From positions 1 through 53,296 of the forward strand of contig JBGTHM010000129.1 of the NCBI GenBank assembly GCA_041746255.1: a DNA stretch of 53,296 bases, read 5' to 3'. The stretch comes from Fibrobacteria bacterium. GTDB lineage: Bacteria > Fibrobacterota > Fibrobacteria > UBA11236. This document shows, piece by piece, positions 39,538 through 48,636 of the stretch (position 1 is the stretch's first letter; each line of letters opens with the position of its first letter). The translations under genes and the position numbers were made by a program. A model generated the notes under the pieces. That model worked only from the letters and a program-made list of their open reading frames with translations. It made no database searches and was not told the DNA's origin.

Positions 39538-42116
39538 AATCGAGTACGCTGACTCGTCCAGTCCCTGAGGTCCTCCAGGTCTTGGCCTATCCTGCCATCC
39601 TTGGCTCCGCCATGGGTTTGTTCTTCCTCCTCAAGGGCCTTTCCTGGCCGGTGCTACTGCAAATAAACCTTCCCGTGGTTTGGGGGGCCTTCTCCATCAC
39701 TTTTTTGGAGCTGCGCATGCCTTACCAACGAAATTGGAACCCGGAAAAAAAAGAAATTTGGAATGACAGTTTATTCTTGGTCACCATGCAAATGGTCTTG
39801 CCGCGATTGCTTGCGTTACTAGTCTCACTCACTTTGCTGGTACTACTTGGAAGCACGGGGTTTCAGGCCCGGGATTTGTGGCCGCATGGCTGGAGTATCG
39901 GCTGGCAGGTTGTGCTCATGGTCGTGGTGGCGGATTTCCTGCGCTATTGGCTGCATCGATTCTCCCATGAAATTCCCTATTTGTGGAGGCTGCATGCAGT
40001 GCATCATTCCTCCCGCAAGCTGTACTGGCTTAACGTGGGTCGTTTCCATCCCCTGGAAAAAACCCTGCAATTCCTGTTCGATGCGCTCCCCTTCATTCTC
40101 GTCGGCGTATCGGTGGAGGTACTGGGACTTTATTTCGTATTCTATGCCGTGAACGGTTTCTTCCAGCATTGCAATATCGATGTCCGCATGGGGTTTCTGA
40201 ATTATGTCATCAGCGGCCCGCAGCTTCATCGCTGGCATCATTCCCGCATCATTGCCGAGTCGAACAACAACTATGGGAACAATATCATCGTATGGGACCT
40301 TCTCTTCGGTACCTATTTTCTGCCTGCCGGGAAACATGTCAAAGAGCTGGGACTGCTTAATCCATCCTATCCGGACGATTATGCCTCCATGTTGAGAACC
40401 CCCTTTTCCGGCGCCATAGACAAATATCCGCTGCCTCTGCAAACCTTCCGGGACATTTTGGTAAACGTCTTGCTCAAATTGCGCATGCATTTGATCGGAG
40501 TGTTCCAATACAGACAGCTAAGGCAGGCGGCGGCAGATCCTGAGCGCGCGCAGAAGCAGGTTTTGTTATGCATACTGCGTGACAATTTCCAAACCGATTT
40601 CGGAAAGGCGCATGGTTTTTCGGAAATTGGCGATACGGCGACTTATCGGAGCCGTGTTTCCGTACAGGATTACGAGGCCCTGCGGCCGCAAATCGAACGC
40701 CAGGATAGGGAAAATGCACCCATTCTGACCCGTGCCATGCCGTTCATGTACAATCGGACCAGCGGATCAACGGGAAGCCCCAAGGATATCCCCGTCGTAA
40801 AAGAAACCTTGGATGCGTTGAAAAAATCTCAGAAGGTATTTTCCTACCTGCAATACAAAGTGTGTCCCGAAGCATTTTCGGGAAAGCTGTTGGGAATGGT
40901 CAGCCCTGCAAACGAGGGTCGGCTGGCATCCGGCAGGCCCTATGGAAGCGCGTCCGGCCATATTTACAATTCCATGCCCAGCTTGGCCCGGTCGAAGTAT
41001 GTGCTGCCCGGTGAGGTCTTCGAGATCGAGGATTATCAGGTCAAATATTATGTGATGGCGCGGCTGGCGGTGGAACATAAAGATGTGACCTATTTGGGAA
41101 GTGCCAATCCGTCCTCCTTTCACAAGCTTCTAGACGTCATTCGCACCCGCTTTGCCGAAATCACCGCCGATATTTCGGAAGGCGGATGCACGCATATGGA
41201 AGACCTGAGTCCCGCAACGGCGGCTGCCATCCGGAAGAAGTTGCGCCGCAATCCTACTCGAGCGTCGGAGTTGCAGGCCTTACGGGCGGAAGACCAAAAA
41301 CTTCTTTTTCGGCATTTCTGGCCGTACTTGAAACTGCTGGCGACATGGACGGGGGGGAGCTGCGGCATCCCTTTGAAGAGCATACTTCCCGCTTTCCCCG
41401 AAGGAGTCAAGGTAATCGATATCGGATACCTTTCCAGCGAGATGCGGGGTACCATCACCATCGAAGCCGAAACCAATGAAGGTCTTCCCACCCTGCAAGA
41501 AAACTTTTTCGAGTTCGTGGAAAAAAGCAGGTGGGAAAGCGGCGTGGCCGAATTCCTGGGACTGGAGCAAATCAAACAGGGCGAGGAGTATTATCTGTTC
41601 GTTACCACCCGGGCCGGTCTCTATCGCTATAATATGAATGACATCGTGCGGGTTGCCGGGAAATGGGAGAATACCCCCACTTTGAAATTCGTACAGAAGG
41701 GCAGGGGAGTCACCAATATAACCGGCGAGAAGCTTTACGAAGGACAGGTAATCGATGCGGTGCGGGCGGCCGAGAAGCGGTTCGAGTTGGATCTCCCATT
41801 TTTTCAGATGGTAGCCGATGAAGAAAGTTTCCGTTATGACCTTTATTGCGAGCCGGCCTCGGGCGACGTGTTCCTAGCTGGGGAGCTGGCGGATTTTCTG
41901 GATGAAGCTTTGCAAAATTCCAACTTGGAATACCGGACCAAACGACAGGGGGGGAGGCTGCAACCCCTATTCGTACATCGCTTGAAATCAGGTGCCTTCG
42001 AAGCCTATAAAACCCATTTCCTGGCCAAGGGGCAACGCGAAGGACAATTCAAGCCCCAGCTACTGCAATACAAAAAGGATATTCCCGGCGATTTTTTGGA
42101 GTCCTATTCGATATGA
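39534..42116 (+). CDS. Fusion: membrane fatty-acid hydroxylase/sterol-desaturase domain + GH3 acyl-acid amido synthetase domain
   Basis: N-terminal ~300 aa have TM helices and His boxes HRFSH, HAVHH and HRWHH. C-terminal ~540 aa carry GH3 motifs TDFGKAHGF, RTSGSTGSPK, GYLSSE, FFEF, GLYRYNMND and GEKL. One continuous frame. Confidence 0.88.
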   Translation: MKSSTLTRPVPEVLQVLAYPAILGSAMGLFFLLKGLSWPVLLQINLPVVWGAFSITFLELRMPYQRNWNPEKKEIWNDSLFLVTMQMVLPRLLALLVSLTLLVLLGSTGFQARDLWPHGWSIGWQVVLMVVVADFLRYWLHRFSHEIPYLWRLHAVHHSSRKLYWLNVGRFHPLEKTLQFLFDALPFILVGVSVEVLGLYFVFYAVNGFFQHCNIDVRMGFLNYVISGPQLHRWHHSRIIAESNNNYGNNIIVWDLLFGTYFLPAGKHVKELGLLNPSYPDDYASMLRTPFSGAIDKYPLPLQTFRDILVNVLLKLRMHLIGVFQYRQLRQAAADPERAQKQVLLCILRDNFQTDFGKAHGFSEIGDTATYRSRVSVQDYEALRPQIERQDRENAPILTRAMPFMYNRTSGSTGSPKDIPVVKETLDALKKSQKVFSYLQYKVCPEAFSGKLLGMVSPANEGRLASGRPYGSASGHIYNSMPSLARSKYVLPGEVFEIEDYQVKYYVMARLAVEHKDVTYLGSANPSSFHKLLDVIRTRFAEITADISEGGCTHMEDLSPATAAAIRKKLRRNPTRASELQALRAEDQKLLFRHFWPYLKLLATWTGGSCGIPLKSILPAFPEGVKVIDIGYLSSEMRGTITIEAETNEGLPTLQENFFEFVEKSRWESGVAEFLGLEQIKQGEEYYLFVTTRAGLYRYNMNDIVRVAGKWENTPTLKFVQKGRGVTNITGEKLYEGQVIDAVRAAEKRFELDLPFFQMVADEESFRYDLYCEPASGDVFLAGELADFLDEALQNSNLEYRTKRQGGRLQPLFVHRLKSGAFEAYKTHFLAKGQREGQFKPQLLQYKKDIPGDFLESYSI

Positions 42117-43210
42117 ATCTCACCTCTCTGCAACTTCAATCCCTGCAAATCCCTTTCAAGGTAGGCTTTAAGCATAGCAGCGCCGATAGGAAAAAAGGCG
42201 AATCGCTCTTGGCCAGCGCCGAAACAGCGGCGGGAAATAAGGGGATGGGCGAAGGCTGTCCGCGCGGCTATGTAACGCATGAAGATTCCTCCGCAGGGTT
42301 TGAATTCTTTGAACGTTATCGCGAGGATTTGCTGCGGAGCATCCACACTTTCGGCGATCTCGAAGCATGGGTCTGGCGGCATGAGGTTGAAATAGATGAG
42401 CGGCCGGCGGCTTGGTGCGCTTTGGAGTTGGCCATTCTCGAGGCGTTGTCCAAGGATTTGTCACAGCCGGTGGAGGAGACTCTGGGCTTGCCTCCTTTGC
42501 AAGGGCGATTCCAATATACCGCTGTGCTCGGCGACTCTTCCCAGGAGGTGACGGCAAATCAGGTTTCCCGTTTCGCTCAATTGGGATTCCGGGACTTCAA
42601 GGTTAAAATCAGCGGAAATCCCCTGGTCGACAATGACAAATTCGCGGTTATCCAGTCTTCGGTAACGGATTCGCGTATCAGGCTGGACGGGAATAATCTC
42701 TGGCGAAAACCAGAGGAGGTTTTGGGTTACCTCAACGCGATCCGAATCACGCCTTTCGCAATCGAGGAGCCGCTGCAGGCCCTCGATTATCCTGGCATGA
42801 AAGCCCTGGTGAAGCAGACTCCAGTCGCGTTAATCCTGGATGAAAGTTTTCTTAATCGGAGTCATTTCGATGCAACCGTGGAATTGGGGAAGAAAGCCAT
42901 CATCAACCTCCGGGTCTCCAAGATGGGAGGGCTTATTCGCTCTCGGGCGATTGCTTCCCGGGCCGGGGACCTGAAAATACCCCTGATTATCGGCGCGCAC
43001 GTGGGCGAAACCAGCATACTGACACGCGCTGCTCTCTCCCTTGCTAATGCCTTCCGTGAGAACGTGCTGGCGCAGGAAGGAGCTTTCGGCACCCATCTTT
43101 TGGAATCGGATCTGGTTCATAACCCCTTAATGTTCGGTCGCGCCGGAATACTGGATAGTGCCGACTCTCTGAACCTAAGGGGAACAGGGTTCGGGCTGGA
43201 CTACCTGTAA
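42113..43210 (+). CDS. Enolase-superfamily enzyme (muconate lactonizing/dipeptide epimerase subgroup)
   Basis: F.HSSADR capping domain, GEGCPRGYVT, FKVK, RLDGN, IEEP, LDES and NLRVSKMGG. Confidence 0.85.
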   Translation: MNLTSLQLQSLQIPFKVGFKHSSADRKKGESLLASAETAAGNKGMGEGCPRGYVTHEDSSAGFEFFERYREDLLRSIHTFGDLEAWVWRHEVEIDERPAAWCALELAILEALSKDLSQPVEETLGLPPLQGRFQYTAVLGDSSQEVTANQVSRFAQLGFRDFKVKISGNPLVDNDKFAVIQSSVTDSRIRLDGNNLWRKPEEVLGYLNAIRITPFAIEEPLQALDYPGMKALVKQTPVALILDESFLNRSHFDATVELGKKAIINLRVSKMGGLIRSRAIASRAGDLKIPLIIGAHVGETSILTRAALSLANAFRENVLAQEGAFGTHLLESDLVHNPLMFGRAGILDSADSLNLRGTGFGLDYL

Positions 43211-43314
43211 AGCTTTCCCCCTCCTTGCTTTTTACCTCCAAATTGGTAAATATTTCCTGAGCCCTTAAAAAGGGCGGAAGGTCTTCATACAACCCATTTT
43301 AAGGAGTTACCCCG

Positions 43315-43425
43315 ATGGCCAAGGAACGGAATACCAAGAAAGAAACCAAGAAGGCTCCCGCGAAAACCTTGAAGGAAAAACGCGACGAGAAGAAAACCAA
43401 GAAAGCGGGCAAGGGGAACAGTTAA
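43315..43425 (+). CDS. Small lysine-rich protein (36 aa)
   Basis: AAGGAG RBS, then MAKERNTKKETKKAPAKTLKEKRDEKKTKKAGKGNS*, followed by a terminator. Below the ORF-track length cutoff. Confidence 0.75.
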   Translation: MAKERNTKKETKKAPAKTLKEKRDEKKTKKAGKGNS

Positions 43426-43459
43426 TCACCAGGCCGCTCTTAAGCGAGTCATGAAATTG

Positions 43460-43492
43460 AATCCCGCCCTCAAAGGCGGGATTTTTCTTTTT
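43460..43492 (+). terminator. Intrinsic terminator
   Basis: AATCCCGCC-CTCAAA-GGCGGGATT followed by a T-rich run. Confidence 0.85.
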
Positions 43493-43495
43493 AAC

Positions 43496-43687
43496 TCAAT
43501 CTTTAGGGTTCATATCATCTCCCGCAAACTCGGCGCAGCATGATCCAAGAATCGGGTAACATTCCTCGCACAACCACTCGCCGTCCGCTTTTTCCACAAA
43601 GCCCTCCTTGCCGCAACGTACGCAAGGGGGATTACTTGTTTTTTGGCTTAGGTCGTTATTTTTCTGCGGAAAGTCCTGTTGGGTCAT
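43496..43687 (-). CDS. Small Cys-rich (zinc-ribbon-like) protein
   Basis: 63 aa with CVRC...WLCEEC...SCC; GGGAG upstream. Confidence 0.55.
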   Translation of the reverse strand: MTQQDFPQKNNDLSQKTSNPPCVRCGKEGFVEKADGEWLCEECYPILGSCCAEFAGDDMNPKD

Positions 43688-43773
43688 AAAAGGTTATCTC
43701 CCGGCTTGTCAATGCCGTTAATAAGAGGTTAAATTCCAGCTGGTTCCCCCTCAAGAGAATAGATGAATTCCCT

Positions 43774-44259
43774 ATGAAAAATATGTTTGTTATCGCGGCG
43801 ATTCTGTTAACCTTACTCGTATTGGCTGGAATTACCTGGTTCTTTCTGCTGGGGCGTAAATCAGCGGAAGCCCAGGCTCCGGGGATGGTCGCAGGCCGTC
43901 TTGCGCCCTGTCCGGATAAACCGAATTGCGTGAGCAGCGAATTCCCCGGGGATACGGCGCATTATATTCCCTTCATCGGCCATACGGGAGTCGATTCCGA
44001 ATTAGTCTGGGCGTTGGCGCATCAGGCGGTGAGGGAGGAAGGGGGAATACTTACTTCCGAAAATGAAAACTACCGATCTTATACGTTCACTTCGAGTCTG
44101 TTCCGCTTTGTGGACGATTTGGAATTAAGGAATGATCCGGAATCGGAATCCGTCCACATTCGCTCCGCCTCCCGAGTTGGCCATAGCGATATGGGCGTTA
44201 ACCGGAAGCGGGTACAGAGTATCTTGGACCGATTCGGTGTTTTGCTGAACGAAAACTAG
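43774..44259 (+). CDS. DUF1499 family protein
   Basis: N-terminal TM; LAPCPDKPNCVSS, FRFVDDLE, RSASRVGHSDMGVNRKRV. Confidence 0.9.
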   Translation: MKNMFVIAAILLTLLVLAGITWFFLLGRKSAEAQAPGMVAGRLAPCPDKPNCVSSEFPGDTAHYIPFIGHTGVDSELVWALAHQAVREEGGILTSENENYRSYTFTSSLFRFVDDLELRNDPESESVHIRSASRVGHSDMGVNRKRVQSILDRFGVLLNEN

Positions 44260-44278
44260 AGCCAGACCAGAGCCGTAA

Positions 44279-45409
44279 CTAGAACCAGTTGATTAGGCGG
44301 GAAGTTACCGCCTTACCCTGGGAGGATATCTGCAAGAGGTAATTGCCGGAAGGCAAATTGCCTCTCTCGAAACTGAGCTCATTTGTATTGAAATTTTCCG
44401 TAGCTACTACGTTTCCCCTCAAGTCCCGCAGGGTAGCCGTGAATTCACCGGCATAATCAACCTTCACAGTGAGAAGATCCGATTTCGTGATGATACGCAT
44501 ACGCTCCGGAAACTCCCTGAGAAAACGGGCGCTTTCCAATGCTGACACTGTATTGTATCCGGCGACGAACTCGGCTGCACGTAAAATAGTCAGCTTGAAG
44601 AAATCACTGCGGGCACCGGTAGCGGTGTGAATGATACCCGTATAGAAAATCCGACTTCCGTTAGTACTCTCGCGATACCACATTATGGGATGACGTTTTT
44701 CCACAGGGAGGCTCATCTGCTCAGCGTTCAGGTTGTTGTGCGTATGGGGTTTCAGGGAACTTTCGTCGATGTAATAGAGCACCTTGGCCTGTGCGAAAAA
44801 TGGGCCCTGATTGAAGGCATACCATTCATCCGAGGATTGGAACTGGTCGGGCATTCCCGTGAGGATATTCTTGCTATTCGGAAGGTCCAGAATGGATTGG
44901 TCCTTGGTCACGACCATTTTACCGATCTGGTTGCCGTGGTAGTTGGGATTGTAGGAGCCGATAATGATATTGGACCGATACCACTCCCAATCGCCTTGGC
45001 GAGGCATGGAGGCGGTATGGTAGCCGACGCAATGGCCGCCCCCCTCTATGAAACCTTGGAAGGCCTGCTGCTGGGAGGAATTGAACTTTTCATTCACGAG
45101 ACGGGTGTAGTTGAATACCACGATCTGGAAGTTCCGGAGATTGGTGACATTCATGTCGCTGGCACGGTTGGTGATGGTGAGCTTGAAACCGATATCCTTG
45201 CTGAATTCCTTCCAATGCCCCTCGGCGGCCATCGCGGCACTATTATGTTCTCCGGTCATATCGTCCTGGAAAAGCAATACGTTCATGTCTTTCAACTTCG
45301 AAGTACCCAGTGGTTTGATTTCCAGGGTCTGAGCCTGTCCGAATTGAAGCATGGCCAGGAAAGCCACTGCGAAAACCGGAACTGAAAGGAATTTACTGAC
45401 GGATTTCAT
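44279..45409 (-). CDS. Secreted ThuA-like (trehalose utilization, class I GATase-like fold) protein with C-terminal sorting-type domain
   Basis: Signal peptide from MKSVSK; FQGFIEGGGHCVGYH, DEWY, HPIMW and RIFYTGIIH; C-terminal RDLRGNVV...LPSGNYLL. Confidence 0.8.
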   Translation of the reverse strand: MKSVSKFLSVPVFAVAFLAMLQFGQAQTLEIKPLGTSKLKDMNVLLFQDDMTGEHNSAAMAAEGHWKEFSKDIGFKLTITNRASDMNVTNLRNFQIVVFNYTRLVNEKFNSSQQQAFQGFIEGGGHCVGYHTASMPRQGDWEWYRSNIIIGSYNPNYHGNQIGKMVVTKDQSILDLPNSKNILTGMPDQFQSSDEWYAFNQGPFFAQAKVLYYIDESSLKPHTHNNLNAEQMSLPVEKRHPIMWYRESTNGSRIFYTGIIHTATGARSDFFKLTILRAAEFVAGYNTVSALESARFLREFPERMRIITKSDLLTVKVDYAGEFTATLRDLRGNVVATENFNTNELSFERGNLPSGNYLLQISSQGKAVTSRLINWF

Positions 45410-45542
45410 TTCATTTTCTCCTGCACGAATTGCCCCAAGCGGCGCGGTTCCATTTTCTAATTTAGGCCATTTGGGCCACTTAGGCCCTATACTTTTCCGG
45501 AAAGATCGGATATTTCCGGCCTTATTTGAGTTTACAATATTC

Positions 45543-46997
45543 TCAATTGAGTCCAAATTCCATCCGGAGAAGGTAATACCATTCTTTCGGATTGGAGGTC
45601 AGGGGTTTGACGCTGGTAGCCATGTCAGAGTCCACAAGGCGAAAATGGTCGCTGGCGACTTGGCTATACAGGGTTAAAATCCCATTCACCCGCTTTTTCG
45701 CGTAAATGGACCATTTCCAGTCATCCTTTTGGTTGGAAACCAGCGTTTTCCAATTTTCCAGGGTCCCGGCATTCAGACTGTCGGTATAGGTCGCATAATC
45801 GTTCTGGTTCATCTCCCAGATAGGTGAGCTTTCCTGGTTGAGCTTGGTTATGTCATTGAAAGGCGCGGAGTAGTGCTCCACCTGCACGCTGAGCACGTCC
45901 AGAAATTTGAAAGTGGGGATATTAACACCCAGCATGATGGGCATTCTGTCCGCTTTCTTTTCATAGTAGATGGGGTAATCCTCAACTCCCAGCAAAGCGA
46001 CTTCGGCGAAAATCTTGAGATCTTCGGGGCTTTTTCTGTCCTCGGGAAGCAAACTATTTAAGTTCAGCGTGGCCCTACCCATCAGCTTGATGCCTTGGTG
46101 GGTATAATGGTGCAGAACCGTCGGAACCACGGTGGGATCGGAAGTCGCCTCGAAAGGCGCCAAATCGAGCGGTCCAACGTATTCCTGCCACCGGGGAGCG
46201 GCTTCGGTATCGGCGGGAATATGGACGTATTTGTTATTCGGTTGGTTTAGCTTCAACAAGCTGGGACGGATAGGCAGGCCGTGGTGGTAGACCGCACCAC
46301 CACCCAGTTCCAGGAAAGCGGTCTTGAAGGCGAAATCGTAGCCAGGCGAAAAATCACCTATGGGGTAATAGGTCATCTCCATGAACAGCGAGAGGTTATG
46401 CGTGAGCATTCCGTCCAGGTGTTTCATCTGCATTTGCAAGCCGTGGGCGTAAAAGCCGGCGCGATTCATGAACAACCAACCCTCGGTGGTAAAGAGGAAG
46501 CCGGGATAGGTGCCTGACCGGTAGAGGTATTCCCCCAGGTTCTTGGCCTCCGTGTTGTACTTGTAGGGAAAGGTACCCGCTTGCAGGTGGCCGTGGAATC
46601 CGCCTTTATCTCCGAAAGACCATTTTCCCCGGGCGAGAGGCACCATGGGTTTCACCCGCATCACCCGCTTGGAGGGCTGGGTGTTGTCGGCGGAATAGGG
46701 CCACCAAATCAGCCCCGTAATCCCTACCATAACGTCGAAGGATTCACCCAGAAAAACTTGAGGGGTAATGGTTACATTGCCACGGTTTAGGGGCAACATA
46801 TCGATGGCCGAGTTTCCATCCGGATTCACTCCGCTGACCAAATGACCGAAGTCCAGGTAGGAGTTGACCTTCAGCTTGTATTCGATTTCCTCCTCGGCAA
46901 CCACGGGTGCGACGGCAAACTGGGCGACCGAAATAAGCAATGCTGCTCGGATGGAATTTGCTGATAAGGATGTTAGGCAAAGCTTTTTTTGATGCAT
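45543..46997 (-). CDS. Putative outer-membrane beta-barrel protein, paralog A
   Basis: Signal peptide, aromatic amphipathic strands, C-terminal WYYLLRMEFGLN. Shares many motifs with the adjacent gene. Confidence 0.65.
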   Translation of the reverse strand: MHQKKLCLTSLSANSIRAALLISVAQFAVAPVVAEEEIEYKLKVNSYLDFGHLVSGVNPDGNSAIDMLPLNRGNVTITPQVFLGESFDVMVGITGLIWWPYSADNTQPSKRVMRVKPMVPLARGKWSFGDKGGFHGHLQAGTFPYKYNTEAKNLGEYLYRSGTYPGFLFTTEGWLFMNRAGFYAHGLQMQMKHLDGMLTHNLSLFMEMTYYPIGDFSPGYDFAFKTAFLELGGGAVYHHGLPIRPSLLKLNQPNNKYVHIPADTEAAPRWQEYVGPLDLAPFEATSDPTVVPTVLHHYTHQGIKLMGRATLNLNSLLPEDRKSPEDLKIFAEVALLGVEDYPIYYEKKADRMPIMLGVNIPTFKFLDVLSVQVEHYSAPFNDITKLNQESSPIWEMNQNDYATYTDSLNAGTLENWKTLVSNQKDDWKWSIYAKKRVNGILTLYSQVASDHFRLVDSDMATSVKPLTSNPKEWYYLLRMEFGLN

Positions 46998-47016
46998 TTC
47001 GTCTTCCGTTCAGGGA

Positions 47017-48387
47017 TTAAATCCCAAATTCCAACTTGGCGAGGTAATACCAATGGGACGGCGCTTGGGTCAAGGAACTTTCACTTTTTACCTGGTCGTA
47101 TCGTAAGGTGCGCAGGTGATCATTCGCCACCTGCAAATATACTGCGAAAAGGCGATTCACCCTTTTCTTGGCGAAGACAGACCATTTCCAATCATCCTCC
47201 GCAATTTGAACCTTGCTCCCATTTTCGTCCAGTCGTTCCTTCCAGATGGGCAGTGACAAGTCGCTGTAATAAGCGGAACTGTTGTGGGGAGAGGTGTAGC
47301 GTTCCACTTGCACGCTTAATAGATCCAACAATTTGAAGGTGGGCAGGTTGAATCCCACCATGATGGGCATCCTGTCCTGACGTGATTCGTAAAAATAGGG
47401 ATGGTTTTCCCATCCCAGCACCGCCACCTCTGTGAAGAGTCGCAAATCGTCGGGTCCGAGCAAACCTTCGGGCAGAAAGCCGCCGAGGTTCAGGGCGGCG
47501 CGTCCCATCAGCTTTATGCCTTCATGAGTCCAGCGGGATTTCCGGAGTGTTATTATCTGGAGAGAATCAGCCGCAACAGCCTCCTTCACTGCAAAGGGGG
47601 CGTCGCTGAGCGGGCCGGCATACGCCGCCGTGGGTGGCCCACTCGCGGGTTGGAACGGCGCCACCTCGACGTAAACATTCTTGTCATCGCTGGTATTGGG
47701 CTGTAATTGGCTGGGATGGAAAGACAGATAATGGTTCAAGGCGACGCCGCCTCCCAAATCCAGGAGACCGAAATTCAAGCTGATTTCATAGCCGGGGGAG
47801 ATGTCGCCCACGGGATTCACTTCCGTTTCGAGGAAAAATGTAAGGTCATGTTTCACTCTGCCTTCCGCCTGCGTATAGCTGGCGCGGACACCGTAAAATT
47901 GGGGAGAAGCCTCGTTCATCAACTGCCAGTCCTCGGTGGTCACCAAATAACCCGGATAAGTTCCGGAGCGATGGAGGTATTCGCCGAGATTGCGGGCATC
48001 CCGATTGTTTTTGTGGGTGAAGTAACCGGCGTCCAGCGTCAGCGAACCGAAATGCCCGGTCATCCGGGCTATCGAAAGCTGGGATTCAACGCGGACAATC
48101 CGCTCATGGGGCATGTCGCCCGTGCCGCCAAAGGGCCACCAAAGGATATTGCGGAACCCCGCTTCCAAGGACCAATTCTCGTTGAATTTCGCCTGCGTAC
48201 CTATTGTCACGATATTACGATTAAGCGGAAGCATATCGATCTCGCGGCCGCTCTCGCTTTGAACGCCCTTGACGACGTGGCCGAAATCCACTTCGGACTT
48301 CAAGGCCAATTTGAGATGATCCGATAATGCCGCGCCCTGGATAGTTGAAATAGCCAGGAAAAGAGAGGCGAATAGCTGTAATTTCAC
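47017..48387 (-). CDS. Putative outer-membrane beta-barrel protein, paralog B
   Basis: Probable GTG start at 48387 gives the signal peptide MKLQLFASLFLAISTIQGA (track starts at 48504). Ends WYYLAKLEFGI. Confidence 0.65.
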   Translation of the reverse strand: MKLQLFASLFLAISTIQGAALSDHLKLALKSEVDFGHVVKGVQSESGREIDMLPLNRNIVTIGTQAKFNENWSLEAGFRNILWWPFGGTGDMPHERIVRVESQLSIARMTGHFGSLTLDAGYFTHKNNRDARNLGEYLHRSGTYPGYLVTTEDWQLMNEASPQFYGVRASYTQAEGRVKHDLTFFLETEVNPVGDISPGYEISLNFGLLDLGGGVALNHYLSFHPSQLQPNTSDDKNVYVEVAPFQPASGPPTAAYAGPLSDAPFAVKEAVAADSLQIITLRKSRWTHEGIKLMGRAALNLGGFLPEGLLGPDDLRLFTEVAVLGWENHPYFYESRQDRMPIMVGFNLPTFKLLDLLSVQVERYTSPHNSSAYYSDLSLPIWKERLDENGSKVQIAEDDWKWSVFAKKRVNRLFAVYLQVANDHLRTLRYDQVKSESSLTQAPSHWYYLAKLEFGI

Positions 48388-48636
48388 GTCCAGAAATATA
48401 CACCCAGGCTGCAACTTCGACATGCAAAAAGGAGGCGAGGAGGAAAAACGAACGCATTCCGGGCACCTGTTAGTAGCTCGCAAAATATATTTTTTTGCTT
48501 CCACTATAGGTTGGGAGGTTCTTGACGGATTACCGGAAGACAGAGACTAACCCGACCTATGGCCGGAAACTACCATTTATTCGATCTGGCGACCTATACT
48601 TGGGTAAGCCTGTCGCCCTCACTTAGGAGTTCAAAC

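Noticed and set aside
44627..45385. Long antisense ORFs, for example 252 aa here, 236 aa at 15014 and 241 aa at 4132
   Set aside because: Each lies opposite a well-supported gene and has no motifs of its own, as expected from codon bias.
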